This document shows, one piece after another, positions 36,460-45,338 of a stretch of 64,000 bases of DNA. The stretch covers positions 256,001 through 320,000 of the forward strand of contig OZ242260.1 of the NCBI GenBank assembly GCA_965207065.1. The letters run 5' to 3'. The notes below the pieces were generated by a model, which did not search any database, was not told the origin of the DNA, and saw only the letters and a program-made list of their open reading frames with translations. Within the stretch, counting starts at the first letter, position 1; every line of letters begins with the position of its first letter. The stretch comes from a bacterium (GTDB lineage: Bacteria > UBA8248). The position numbers and the translations under genes were made by a program.

Positions 36460-38832
36460 CTACCCTAAAACCTCCCGACACGCCGCCTCGATATGCGCTT
36501 GTCCGATTTGTAAGGCGTCGTAGACTTCGTGCGGAAGGCCGCTCTGGCCGAACTGGTCGGTGCCCAGGCATCTTTGATCCGCGCCCAGCGCGCCGCCCAG
36601 GAACGAGAGGGCGAGCGAGTGGCCGTCCAGCACGGATACTATGGGGTTGTCGCGGTGTTCGTCTCCCACCATCATCTCGAGGCGCGAGGGGCGGCCCGCT
36701 TTTTTCGCCTGCTTGTGCTCGGCGTAAATCCTGTCCGCGCTCGTCAAGACGAACACGTTCGCGTATACCCCCTCCCCCGCCAGCGCGCGGGCGGCGGCGA
36801 GGGCCTCGGGCGTCATCACCCCGCTCACGAAGAGGTTCACCGCGTTCACGCCCGCGCGGTAGCCGGGCGCCTCTTTCGCCGAGTGAAGCAGGTAGCCGCC
36901 GCCCAGTACGTTCCCTCTCAATACCTCGCGCTTCAGGGGGTCCGTGAGCCACTCTGCGGGCAGGAGGTTCTGATCCACCTGCTTCGTGCTCAGGCGGAGA
37001 TAAAACGCCGGGCAGTCGGCATCCCCCAGAACGCGGCCGATGGCCGACAGGAGCAGCCACTCGACCTCGACGGCGAAGGTCGGCTCATAGGCTTCCAGCC
37101 CCGGCATCTCAAGCGAAATGGCCGGCGTCAGGATGCTCTGGTGCGCGCCGCCTTCCGGCGAGAGGCTCGTGCCGCTCGGCGTCGCCACCACGATGAAGCG
37201 CCCGCCGTTATAGACCGCGTAGCGGAGCGCATCCAGACAGCGGCTGATGAAGGTGTCGTACACCGTGCCGATGGGGCATACCCGCACCCCGCAAAGCTCC
37301 TTCGATACGCCGAAGGCGGCGAGCAACAACATTAAATTGTTCTCGGAAATCCCCAGTTCGATGTGCTGGCCCGCAGGCGACTCCTCCCATTTGAGGAGCC
37401 GCTGCACCTGCTGGAGTGCGAAGAAATCCGCCTTCCCCTCGGGGTGATACACGCCGCGGCGGTTGATCCAGCCGCCCAGGTTCGTGCTCACGGCCACGTC
37501 GGGCGAGGTCGTGACGATGTGCTTCGCGAGCGCATCCTCCCGCGCCAGGTTCGTCATGATGGCGCCGAACGCCTCCTGCGTGGAGGTGGTGGAGGCGAAG
37601 TTCGCGCCCACTTCCTCCGGCATGGAACCGGGGACGACCTCTTCTCTGGCGAGGGCCGCTCTCGCGTCGTATCGCGCCACCGCCGCCTCGACCGCGCGGG
37701 CCTCTGCGCTATCTCCCGCCAGGGGCGCCAGTTCCTCGCCCTCGCCCAGGCCCGCGGAATCGCGCAGTTCGGCGATTTGCGCCTCGGTCAGGAGCTGGGA
37801 GTGGTTCATCGGGTCGCCTGCGATGGGAAGCCCCCAGCCCTTGATGGTGTAGGCCAGGATCATCACGGGCTTATCCCTTACCCCGTCCGCCTCTTCGAGC
37901 GCTTCCAGGATGCACTCGATGTCGTGGCCGCCCAGGTCGGACAGGAGCGCGGGCAACTCCTCGTCCGGGTAGCGATCCAGAAGACCCGCCAGGCCCTTGT
38001 ACTCGCCCGCCTCACCGCGCATGAGGCCCTCTCTTATCTCGCCCCCGCTTCTCCCGATGAGCATCTGGTACTCGCTGTTCGACATGTCGTCGATGCGCTT
38101 TCTGAGAGATTCCCCGTTCCTTTGCGCGAAAGCGGTTTGGAGGCGCTTTCCGTACTTGAGCTCCACCACGTGCCAGCCGTGCAGTCGGAACTGGTCGCGA
38201 ATCTGCTGCGCCTTGCCGTCGGGCACGACGCGGTCGAGGCTCTGGCGGTTCAGGTCCACCACCCAGATCACATTGCCGAGATGCGCGACGTATTCCTCCG
38301 CCAGCGCCTCCCAGATGTTCCCCTCATCGAGTTCGGCGTCCCCCACCAGGGAGATGAAGCGCTGCCGCGGGCCTTCGCCGAAATGATCGTCGATGTAGGA
38401 TTGCATGAGCGCGGCGAACGAGGCGGCCACCGAGGGCAGCCCGAGCGAGCCGGTGGAGAAATCGACGGGGAATTCATCCTTCGAGCGGCTCGGATAGGCC
38501 TGGAGGCCGCCGAAGGCGCGCAGGTCGTGCAGGCGCTCCATCGGCAAATCGCCCCGCAAGGCATGGGCCGCATGCAGTACGGGCGAGGCGTGGGGCTTGA
38601 TGGCCAGTCTGTCTCCCGTCTTGAGCCAGCGGAAGAACATGGCCGTCATCAGGCTCACGATGGAGGAAGAACTCGCCTGGTGGCCGCCTATCTTGATGCT
38701 CTCCGAACCTGCGCGCAGGTTGTTCGCGTAATGAACGCTGTAGGTGGAAAGCCACAGGAGCCGCTTCTCGATGCGCCGCAGAATATCGGCTTCGTCCTGC
38801 TTGATGGCGTTCGTCTCTGGCGGGGGAGTCAC
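36460..38832 (-). CDS. ThDP-dependent AceE-like 2-oxoacid dehydrogenase E1 / transketolase-like protein
   Basis: GGHQASS, KPHASP, STGSLG, GDAELDEG..WE, NRQSLD, ELGISENN and EGGAHQS motifs. Confidence 0.85.
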   Translation of the reverse strand: MTPPPETNAIKQDEADILRRIEKRLLWLSTYSVHYANNLRAGSESIKIGGHQASSSSIVSLMTAMFFRWLKTGDRLAIKPHASPVLHAAHALRGDLPMERLHDLRAFGGLQAYPSRSKDEFPVDFSTGSLGLPSVAASFAALMQSYIDDHFGEGPRQRFISLVGDAELDEGNIWEALAEEYVAHLGNVIWVVDLNRQSLDRVVPDGKAQQIRDQFRLHGWHVVELKYGKRLQTAFAQRNGESLRKRIDDMSNSEYQMLIGRSGGEIREGLMRGEAGEYKGLAGLLDRYPDEELPALLSDLGGHDIECILEALEEADGVRDKPVMILAYTIKGWGLPIAGDPMNHSQLLTEAQIAELRDSAGLGEGEELAPLAGDSAEARAVEAAVARYDARAALAREEVVPGSMPEEVGANFASTTSTQEAFGAIMTNLAREDALAKHIVTTSPDVAVSTNLGGWINRRGVYHPEGKADFFALQQVQRLLKWEESPAGQHIELGISENNLMLLLAAFGVSKELCGVRVCPIGTVYDTFISRCLDALRYAVYNGGRFIVVATPSGTSLSPEGGAHQSILTPAISLEMPGLEAYEPTFAVEVEWLLLSAIGRVLGDADCPAFYLRLSTKQVDQNLLPAEWLTDPLKREVLRGNVLGGGYLLHSAKEAPGYRAGVNAVNLFVSGVMTPEALAAARALAGEGVYANVFVLTSADRIYAEHKQAKKAGRPSRLEMMVGDEHRDNPIVSVLDGHSLALSFLGGALGADQRCLGTDQFGQSGLPHEVYDALQIGQAHIEAACREVLG

Positions 38833-38866
38833 GCCCTTCCCTCCCTCGGGATCGCGGGGCCTGCGA

Positions 38867-39577
38867 TTACTCGCGCACCCCGGTGTGAAGCTCGGCGATG
38901 CCGCCAGTCATCGGGCGGTGGCTCACATCGCGAAAGCCCGCATCGCGCATCATCGCCGAGAGCCTCTCGGCTTCGGGAAATTCGTATACCGTGTTTGGGA
39001 GGTAATTATACGCGCTTCGGTGCGCGGAGACGAGCCGCCCCACGACCGGGAGGAGCACCCGGAAGTAAAAGGCGTACAACAGCCCGAACACTCCTTCGGG
39101 GTGCCCGAACTCCAGCACGGCGAGCCTGCCGCCCGCTCTCAGAACGCGCCCCATCTCGGCCAGGCCCGCCTCTCTATCCTCGAAATTGCGAAGGCCGAAC
39201 GCGATGATCACCCCGTCGAACGCGCCGTCCTGGAAGGGGAGGCTCAGCCCGTCTCCCTGGATGAGGGAAAGCGTAGCGCCTTTCGCCGCCGCCTTCGCCT
39301 TGCCGCGCGCGAGCATGGGGTATGCGAAATCGACGCCGAATATGCTTGCGCCGCTATCGGCCTGCCGGTAGACCTCCAGAGCCACGTCCGCCGTGCCCGT
39401 CGCCAGGTCGAGAAAGCGGGCTCCCGTATCCCCCGAACCGGCCAGAAGGCTCGCCACGGCGCGCTTGCGCCAGAGGCGGTCCACGCCGAAGCTCAGAAGT
39501 CGGTTCAGGAGGTCGTAGGTGGGCGCGATGTCCGAGAACATCGCCTGCACTTCTTTTTTCTCGATGCGGGTCGGCAC
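38867..39577 (-). CDS. ubiE: UbiE/MenG demethylmenaquinone methyltransferase
   Basis: VQAMFSDIAPTYDLLN.LLSFGVD..WR, LDLATGTAD, FGLRN and LEF motifs. GTG start at 39577. Confidence 0.9.
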   Translation of the reverse strand: MPTRIEKKEVQAMFSDIAPTYDLLNRLLSFGVDRLWRKRAVASLLAGSGDTGARFLDLATGTADVALEVYRQADSGASIFGVDFAYPMLARGKAKAAAKGATLSLIQGDGLSLPFQDGAFDGVIIAFGLRNFEDREAGLAEMGRVLRAGGRLAVLEFGHPEGVFGLLYAFYFRVLLPVVGRLVSAHRSAYNYLPNTVYEFPEAERLSAMMRDAGFRDVSHRPMTGGIAELHTGVRE

Positions 39578-39585
39578 AGCCGCGC

Positions 39586-40464
39586 TCAGCCCGCGCCGAT
39601 GAGCACGTCGGCGACCGCGCCCGTTGCGATGACCACGGACACCCAGGCGTTGAGGTTGAAGAAAGATATGTCCACGCGGCTCAGGTCGTCCGGCCGCACG
39701 ATCCAGTGCTCCCAGAACAGGAGGCACCCCGCCGCCGCGAGCGATATCCAGTAAAGCGCGCCCATACCGAACGCCAGTCCCGTCGCGTAGAAACAGGCCA
39801 TCGTCCCCAGGTGGGCGAGCGCCGATACGATGAGCGCGCCTTTAATGCCTAACAGACGCGGCAGGGAGTAAATGTCCTCCTCAACGTCGAAATCCACGTC
39901 CAGGCAGGCATAGATGAGGTCGAACCCGCCCACCCAGAGGGTGACGCCACAGAAAAGCAGAACGGCCACGGGGTCCAGATCGCCGCGCACGGCCACCCAC
40001 GCGCCCGCAGGTGCTGCGCCCAGCACAAAGCCCAGGAACAAGTGCGTCGAGGAGGTGAAGCGCTTGGAATAGCTGTAGAAGACGATGCACGCCGCCACGG
40101 CGAAGGAGAGCGCGAACGCGAGCGGATTCAGCATCCAGGCCGAGAGTAAGAAGAGCGCCAGAAAGCCCGCCAGCATCGCGAGGATGGATTTCGAGTGGAG
40201 CAGCGCCTGGAACTCGGCGCGGTCTTTCGTCCTCGGGTTTTTGGGGTCGATGTCCCTGTCGGCGAAGCGGTTGAGCGACATGGCGAAATTCCGCGCGCCC
40301 ACCGCCGCCATCACCATCCAGAACAGAACCCACGCGGAAGGGATCCCGCCGGCCGCCATCACGCCGCCCATCAGCACGAAGGGGAGGCCGAAGATGGTGT
40401 GCTCGAATTTCACCATGCGCAGGAACTGCCGGAAGCTTCTCGCCATCGACGCCTCAGCCGCCAA
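39586..40464 (-). CDS. UbiA family prenyltransferase (MqnP-like)
   Basis: VKFEHTIFGLPF, NRFADRDID.KNPRT, YSYSKRF and FDLIYACLD motifs. Confidence 0.88.
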   Translation of the reverse strand: MAAEASMARSFRQFLRMVKFEHTIFGLPFVLMGGVMAAGGIPSAWVLFWMVMAAVGARNFAMSLNRFADRDIDPKNPRTKDRAEFQALLHSKSILAMLAGFLALFLLSAWMLNPLAFALSFAVAACIVFYSYSKRFTSSTHLFLGFVLGAAPAGAWVAVRGDLDPVAVLLFCGVTLWVGGFDLIYACLDVDFDVEEDIYSLPRLLGIKGALIVSALAHLGTMACFYATGLAFGMGALYWISLAAAGCLLFWEHWIVRPDDLSRVDISFFNLNAWVSVVIATGAVADVLIGAG

Positions 40465-41917
40465 GGCCGTACTCCTCCCAGCGCCTCGTGACCCGCTCCT
40501 TAATCTCGTCCGTCATCACGATCTCGGGCGGCCATTCGCGCTCGAAACCCTCCGACGCCCATTTCCTCGTGCCGTCCACGCCCACCTTGCTGCCCACGTG
40601 GAGGCGCGGGGCGGCGTGTTCGAGCGCGTCCACGGGGCCGTCAACGAACACCATGTCGCGCCTCGGGTCGATGCTGCCGAGCACCTTCCAGGAGACCTCG
40701 CTGATGTCGTGCACGTTCACGTCCTCATCCACGATCACGATCACCTTCGCCAGCGCCATCTGCCCCATCCCCCACAGGGCGTACATCACCTTCCGCGCGT
40801 GGTAGGGATAGGCCTTGCGGATCGAGACGATCACCATGTTGTGGAACACGCCTTCGGCGGGCATGTGCACGTCCACGATTTCGGGCAACTGCATCTTCAT
40901 CAGCGGCAGGAATATGCGCCCCGTCGCCCCGCCGAGCCAGTAGTCCTCCATCGGCGGGCGGCCCACGATGGTGGTGGGGTAGATGGCCTCGCGCTTCCTC
41001 GTGATGGCCGTGACGTGAAAGACGGGGTAGTCGTCCGCCAGGGAATACCAGCCTGTGTGATCGCCGAAGGGACCCTCTTCCCTGAGTTCGCCGGGGTTCA
41101 GGTAGCCCTCCACCACGATGTCCGAATCCGCGGGCACCTCCACGTCCACCGTCCTGCACTTCACAAGCTCGGCGCTCTTTCTTCGCAGGAAACCGGCGAG
41201 GTTCAACTCGTCTATCGCGGGCGGCAGCGGCGCGCTCGCCGCGTAGACGTAGACGGGGTCGCCCCCCAATGCTATCGCCATCTCCATGCGCGCGCCCATC
41301 TTCGAGCTTTCCTGAAAGTTCTGCGCCCCGTCATGGTGTAAGTGCATGTGCATGCCGGCGGTGGTCTCGTCAAAGAACTGCACGCGGTAGAGGCCCACGT
41401 TCCGCCTGCCCGTCCGGGGGTTTCGCGAGTAGATGTGCCCGAAGGTGATGTAGCGTCCCGCATCCTCCGGCCAGCACTTGATGGCGGGAATCGAGAAGAG
41501 GTTCGGGTTCTCGGTCTCGACGATCTCCTGGCACGGGGCCACGCTCACCGTCTTGGGCGAGAAAGACGCGAGCCGCGCGAGCTTGGGCAGCATCTTCACC
41601 TTCTCGATGATGCCCTCGGGCGGTTTGATTTCCAGAAGCTCCGCCACCTCGTCCGCCACCGCGTCCATGCTCTCGACGCCGAGCGCCAGCTTCATCCGCT
41701 CCTCGGAAGCATAGGCGTTGATGAGTACGGGAACGTCGTATTCATGCCCGTCGGGAGTGACCGGCTTTTCGAACAAGAGGGCGGGGCCGCCGCTCTTCAC
41801 CGATCGGTCGGCGATCTCGGTGATTTCGAGTTCCACGTCGACCGGAACCTTGACGCGGCGCAACTCGCCCGCGCGCTCCAGGGCGTCGACGAATTCTTTA
41901 AGGGAGGCGTACGCCAT
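40454..41917 (-). CDS. ubiD: UbiD family decarboxylase (menaquinone-biosynthesis type)
   Basis: LEITEIADR, GPALLFE, RNVGLYR, EGPFGDHTG and GRPPMED motifs. Confidence 0.9.
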   Translation of the reverse strand: MAYASLKEFVDALERAGELRRVKVPVDVELEITEIADRSVKSGGPALLFEKPVTPDGHEYDVPVLINAYASEERMKLALGVESMDAVADEVAELLEIKPPEGIIEKVKMLPKLARLASFSPKTVSVAPCQEIVETENPNLFSIPAIKCWPEDAGRYITFGHIYSRNPRTGRRNVGLYRVQFFDETTAGMHMHLHHDGAQNFQESSKMGARMEMAIALGGDPVYVYAASAPLPPAIDELNLAGFLRRKSAELVKCRTVDVEVPADSDIVVEGYLNPGELREEGPFGDHTGWYSLADDYPVFHVTAITRKREAIYPTTIVGRPPMEDYWLGGATGRIFLPLMKMQLPEIVDVHMPAEGVFHNMVIVSIRKAYPYHARKVMYALWGMGQMALAKVIVIVDEDVNVHDISEVSWKVLGSIDPRRDMVFVDGPVDALEHAAPRLHVGSKVGVDGTRKWASEGFEREWPPEIVMTDEIKERVTRRWEEYGLGG

Positions 41918-41932
41918 GACTTTCGGGGGAAA

Positions 41933-42217
41933 CTACTCGATGACCTTGGGGACGCGGAAATGGCCCTTTGCGAAATCGGGCGCCATTTTTTCCATGTTCT
42001 CGATGGGGGATTCGGTGACCGCATCCTCGCGGAACACGTTCGTGATGTCGAGAACGTGCGATGTGGGCGCAACACCCTCGGTGTCTACCTCGTTCAGCTT
42101 GGCGATGTGCTCCAGTATCGCACTGAGCTGTTCGGTGAATTTCCCGATCTCATCCTCGCTCAGATTCAGCCGCGCCAGCCTGGACACGTGAATCACGTCT
42201 TCTCGCGAAATCGACAT
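41933..42217 (-). CDS. gatC: Asp/Glu-tRNA amidotransferase subunit C
   Basis: ISREDVIHVSRLARL, L.EVDTEGV.PT, FRED and FRVPKVIE motifs. GGAGG RBS. Confidence 0.93.
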   Translation of the reverse strand: MSISREDVIHVSRLARLNLSEDEIGKFTEQLSAILEHIAKLNEVDTEGVAPTSHVLDITNVFREDAVTESPIENMEKMAPDFAKGHFRVPKVIE

Positions 42218-42236
42218 CACTTCCTCCTTTGCGCCC

Positions 42237-44546
42237 TTATACAGCCGGGTTCTCTCCCCCGTCAACGCCCTCATCCGCAGGCGAGAGCGGCGCAGAGCTC
42301 AATACCAGTTTTTTCATCCCCGCCTTCTCGAACTCCACGCTCACCGTCGTGCGGTTTCCCGTCCCCTCGCGCTTGCGGATGACGCCCAGGCCGAATTTCT
42401 TGTGCTTGACGCGCGCGCCGGGCGCAAAGGGGCCGAGCGCTTCGGCGGGTACGACGGGCGCACTCTTTTTCCTGGGACGATTGCCGGTCGTGGCTTCGGA
42501 TAAAATCTCCGCATAGCGCGAGTCGGTGGAATCGCGCGGCGCCCTGAAATCGCGCGGCGCGCGCCTCCTCGTCGGGGCATGATCGCCCACCCGCTTTATG
42601 AGTTCTGGCCCCAGCCCTTTTATAAAGCGGCTCGGGTGCGACTCCCAGCTTTCTTTTTTGCCATCGGGCCGCCGCTCCTTCGCCCTAGAGAGACACAAGA
42701 ACTCCTTCGCCCGCGTGACGCCCACGTAGAGGAGCCTTCTCTCCTCATCCAGAGAAGCCGGCTCGTCCCGCGAGCGGCTGTGCGGAACCAACCCCTCCTC
42801 CATGCCGACGATACCCACCGCGGCGAACTCCAGCCCCTTCGCCGCATGAAGGGTCATCAGGGAAAGCGCGCCGCTTTCTCCGGACATTTCATCCGACTCG
42901 CCCATGAGCGCCAACTCCTCCAGAAACAATATCTTGGCCTCATCTGATTCGGGCGATACGCCTTCTTCCTCCTGAAACCGCTCTTCGAACGCACGGGCGG
43001 CGGCGACGAACTCGCTAGCACCCTCCATCGCGCGCGCGGCGGCGCGGCGGCGCTCCGGCGACGTGCTTCTCTGCGCAGCTCCCTCCATCCAGGCCCGGTA
43101 GCCCGTCCGCTCCAGCGCCTCTTCTATCAGGCGCGCGGGGCCCGCCTTCAGGGAAGCGAGCGCTTTGATCGTCTCAAGCAAGTCCCCGAGACTTTGCGCG
43201 GCGTTTCCCCGGATACGGCCCTGGGTAAGGGCGGCCTCCGCATCGGCCACCGTGACGCCCTGCGCCCCTTCTCCCGCTATCGCCTTCAGGCGTTCGGCCC
43301 CCAGCCCCCGTGGCGGGCGGTTGATGACCCGCGAGAAGGCCTCGCCATCCTCGGGCCGGATGAGCAGCCGTAAATAAGCGGCCAAGTCCTGCACTTCGGC
43401 GCGGTCGAAAAACCGCTGGCCCTTCACCACCTGGTAGGGAATCCCCTGTCTTCGGGCCGCTTGCTCCAGCGGACGCGACTGCGTGTTGATGCGGTAGAAG
43501 ACGGCGGCCTCGCCCCAGGGAATCGCACCACCCGCCCCTGCATCCATGAGGAGTTTGATGACGCCTTCCGCCTCCTCTTCGGGGTTCGCCGCCGCCAGGT
43601 AGCGGACGGCCTCCCCCGGGGGGTTCCGGGTGAAAAGGCGCTTCTCGTGGCGCGCCCCGGCTCCGCCCACAATGCGCGAGGCGACGCCGAGTATCGCCCC
43701 GCTCGAGCGGTAGTTCTCCTCCAGGCGGAACACCTGAGCGCCTGCGAATCTGCGCTCGAATTGCAGGATGTTCTCCACCTGCGCGCCCCGCCAGCCGTAG
43801 ATGCCCTGATCGTCATCCCCCACGGCGAACACGCGCCCGTGAGCGCGCGAGAGCAGGGCCACGAGTTCGTCCTGCACCGGGTTGGTGTCCTGGTATTCAT
43901 CGACGAGTATTTCCTGGAATCTCTCCTGATATTTCCTGAGAACGTCGGGATGCCGCCGGAACAGGCTTAATGGTCGCGCCAGCAGATCATCGAAATCCAC
44001 CGCGCCCGCCTCACGCAGGGCGCGTTCATAGGCGGGGGTGATTTTCCGGGCGGTGGCTTCGATGCTGAACGGAGACGATTCCGAATCATCCGCCTCCGAC
44101 AGCGAGGTCTTGCGGCGTCCTATCTGCTCCAGAACCGCTCTGGGCGCGTAGCGCTCCTCGCTGATATTCGCCGCTGCCAGGCACCGCTTTATGAGCGTGA
44201 GGCACTCCCCGCGCGAGAAAATGGTGAAGCTCGGCGACAGGCCCGCCGCTTCGGCTTCCGCCCTCAGGATTCTTGCGCAGACGGCGTGAAAGGTGCCCAC
44301 CCAGATGCCCCTCGCGCCCGTGCCCGGGGATGCGAAAAGACGCGCCCGCATCTCGCCCGCCGCCTTGTTCGTGAACGTGATGGCCAGGATACGGTCAGGT
44401 GCCATGCCCTCGTCGAGCAGGCGCAGGATGCGGTGGACGATCACCCGCGTCTTGCCCGAACCCGCGCCGGCCAGCACGAGGTTCGCGCCCGGCGGCGCCA
44501 GCACCGCCTCTTTCTGTTGGGGATTCAAGTCTTTCAGATAGTCCAC
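42237..44546 (-). CDS. pcrA: UvrD/PcrA ATP-dependent DNA helicase
   Basis: AGAGSGKT, TFTNKAA, VDEYQD, GDDDQ.IY.WRGA, LMTLHAAKGLEF and EERRLLYV motifs, plus C-terminal Tudor-like VKHKKFGLG. Confidence 0.92.
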   Translation of the reverse strand: MDYLKDLNPQQKEAVLAPPGANLVLAGAGSGKTRVIVHRILRLLDEGMAPDRILAITFTNKAAGEMRARLFASPGTGARGIWVGTFHAVCARILRAEAEAAGLSPSFTIFSRGECLTLIKRCLAAANISEERYAPRAVLEQIGRRKTSLSEADDSESSPFSIEATARKITPAYERALREAGAVDFDDLLARPLSLFRRHPDVLRKYQERFQEILVDEYQDTNPVQDELVALLSRAHGRVFAVGDDDQGIYGWRGAQVENILQFERRFAGAQVFRLEENYRSSGAILGVASRIVGGAGARHEKRLFTRNPPGEAVRYLAAANPEEEAEGVIKLLMDAGAGGAIPWGEAAVFYRINTQSRPLEQAARRQGIPYQVVKGQRFFDRAEVQDLAAYLRLLIRPEDGEAFSRVINRPPRGLGAERLKAIAGEGAQGVTVADAEAALTQGRIRGNAAQSLGDLLETIKALASLKAGPARLIEEALERTGYRAWMEGAAQRSTSPERRRAAARAMEGASEFVAAARAFEERFQEEEGVSPESDEAKILFLEELALMGESDEMSGESGALSLMTLHAAKGLEFAAVGIVGMEEGLVPHSRSRDEPASLDEERRLLYVGVTRAKEFLCLSRAKERRPDGKKESWESHPSRFIKGLGPELIKRVGDHAPTRRRAPRDFRAPRDSTDSRYAEILSEATTGNRPRKKSAPVVPAEALGPFAPGARVKHKKFGLGVIRKREGTGNRTTVSVEFEKAGMKKLVLSSAPLSPADEGVDGGENPAV

Positions 44547-44561
44547 GGATCCAATTTCGTA

Positions 44562-45338
44562 TTAAAACCTTCGTCGGCCCACACTCGGCTTGGGAGCGCG
44601 GATGAGCGTTCCTTCGGGATACACTCCCTTGGAGACGGTTACGTTCGGCGCGATCCAGGAGCCGGGCCCCAGCAATACGCCAGGTGAGGTCACCGTGTTG
44701 CAGCCGATCTCGACGTCATCGCCGATCACGGCGCCGAACTTCGTGAGGCCGGTATCGATCCGCTCTCCCGCTGCGCGAAGGACGATGTTTTTCACCGCGC
44801 CCGTTCTTTTCTCTTCTTCTGTCCTGAGCTCGAGGTTCGCGAGCTTCACACCCGCGCCCAGGTTCGCCTCGAACCCCAGAATGCTGTCCCCCACGTAGGC
44901 GAAATGCCCCGCGTGCGCGCCGTTCAGAAAGGCGCTGTTCTTGACTTCCGTCGCATGACCCACGACGGCGCCCGGCCCGATGAGGCAGCCGCCCCGGAGA
45001 TACGCGCCATGCCGCACCTCGGCGCCCGCGCTAAGCACCGTCGGCCCCTTGATGACGACGCCGGGCTCCACCCGCGCGCCCGCCTCGATGAGCAGGCCGA
45101 CCGAGGCAATTTTCAGGTTCTCTTCCGTGACGAGCAGCCCTTCGCTCACCACGAGGCCCTCCTCCACCCGAAGTGCTGCGGCTTCGCTTGCAGGCGCGTC
45201 GGCTTCATCCACCAGTTTTTGGACGAAATCCGTAAGGCGCCCGACCGCCTCCCAGGCGTGCGTCACGCTTTTGAGGAAGGCGGCGTGGGGAAACTCGCCG
45301 AGCTTTCCGAAATAGGTTTCCGGCGTCGTCGCGCTCAT
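44562..45338 (-). CDS. Stand-alone left-handed beta-helix acetyltransferase (GlmU C-domain-like)
   Basis: Hexapeptide repeats and EVKNS...AGHFAYVGDSILG..ANLGAG...AN, TGL.KFGAVIGD motifs. Confidence 0.8.
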   Translation of the reverse strand: MSATTPETYFGKLGEFPHAAFLKSVTHAWEAVGRLTDFVQKLVDEADAPASEAAALRVEEGLVVSEGLLVTEENLKIASVGLLIEAGARVEPGVVIKGPTVLSAGAEVRHGAYLRGGCLIGPGAVVGHATEVKNSAFLNGAHAGHFAYVGDSILGFEANLGAGVKLANLELRTEEEKRTGAVKNIVLRAAGERIDTGLTKFGAVIGDDVEIGCNTVTSPGVLLGPGSWIAPNVTVSKGVYPEGTLIRAPKPSVGRRRF

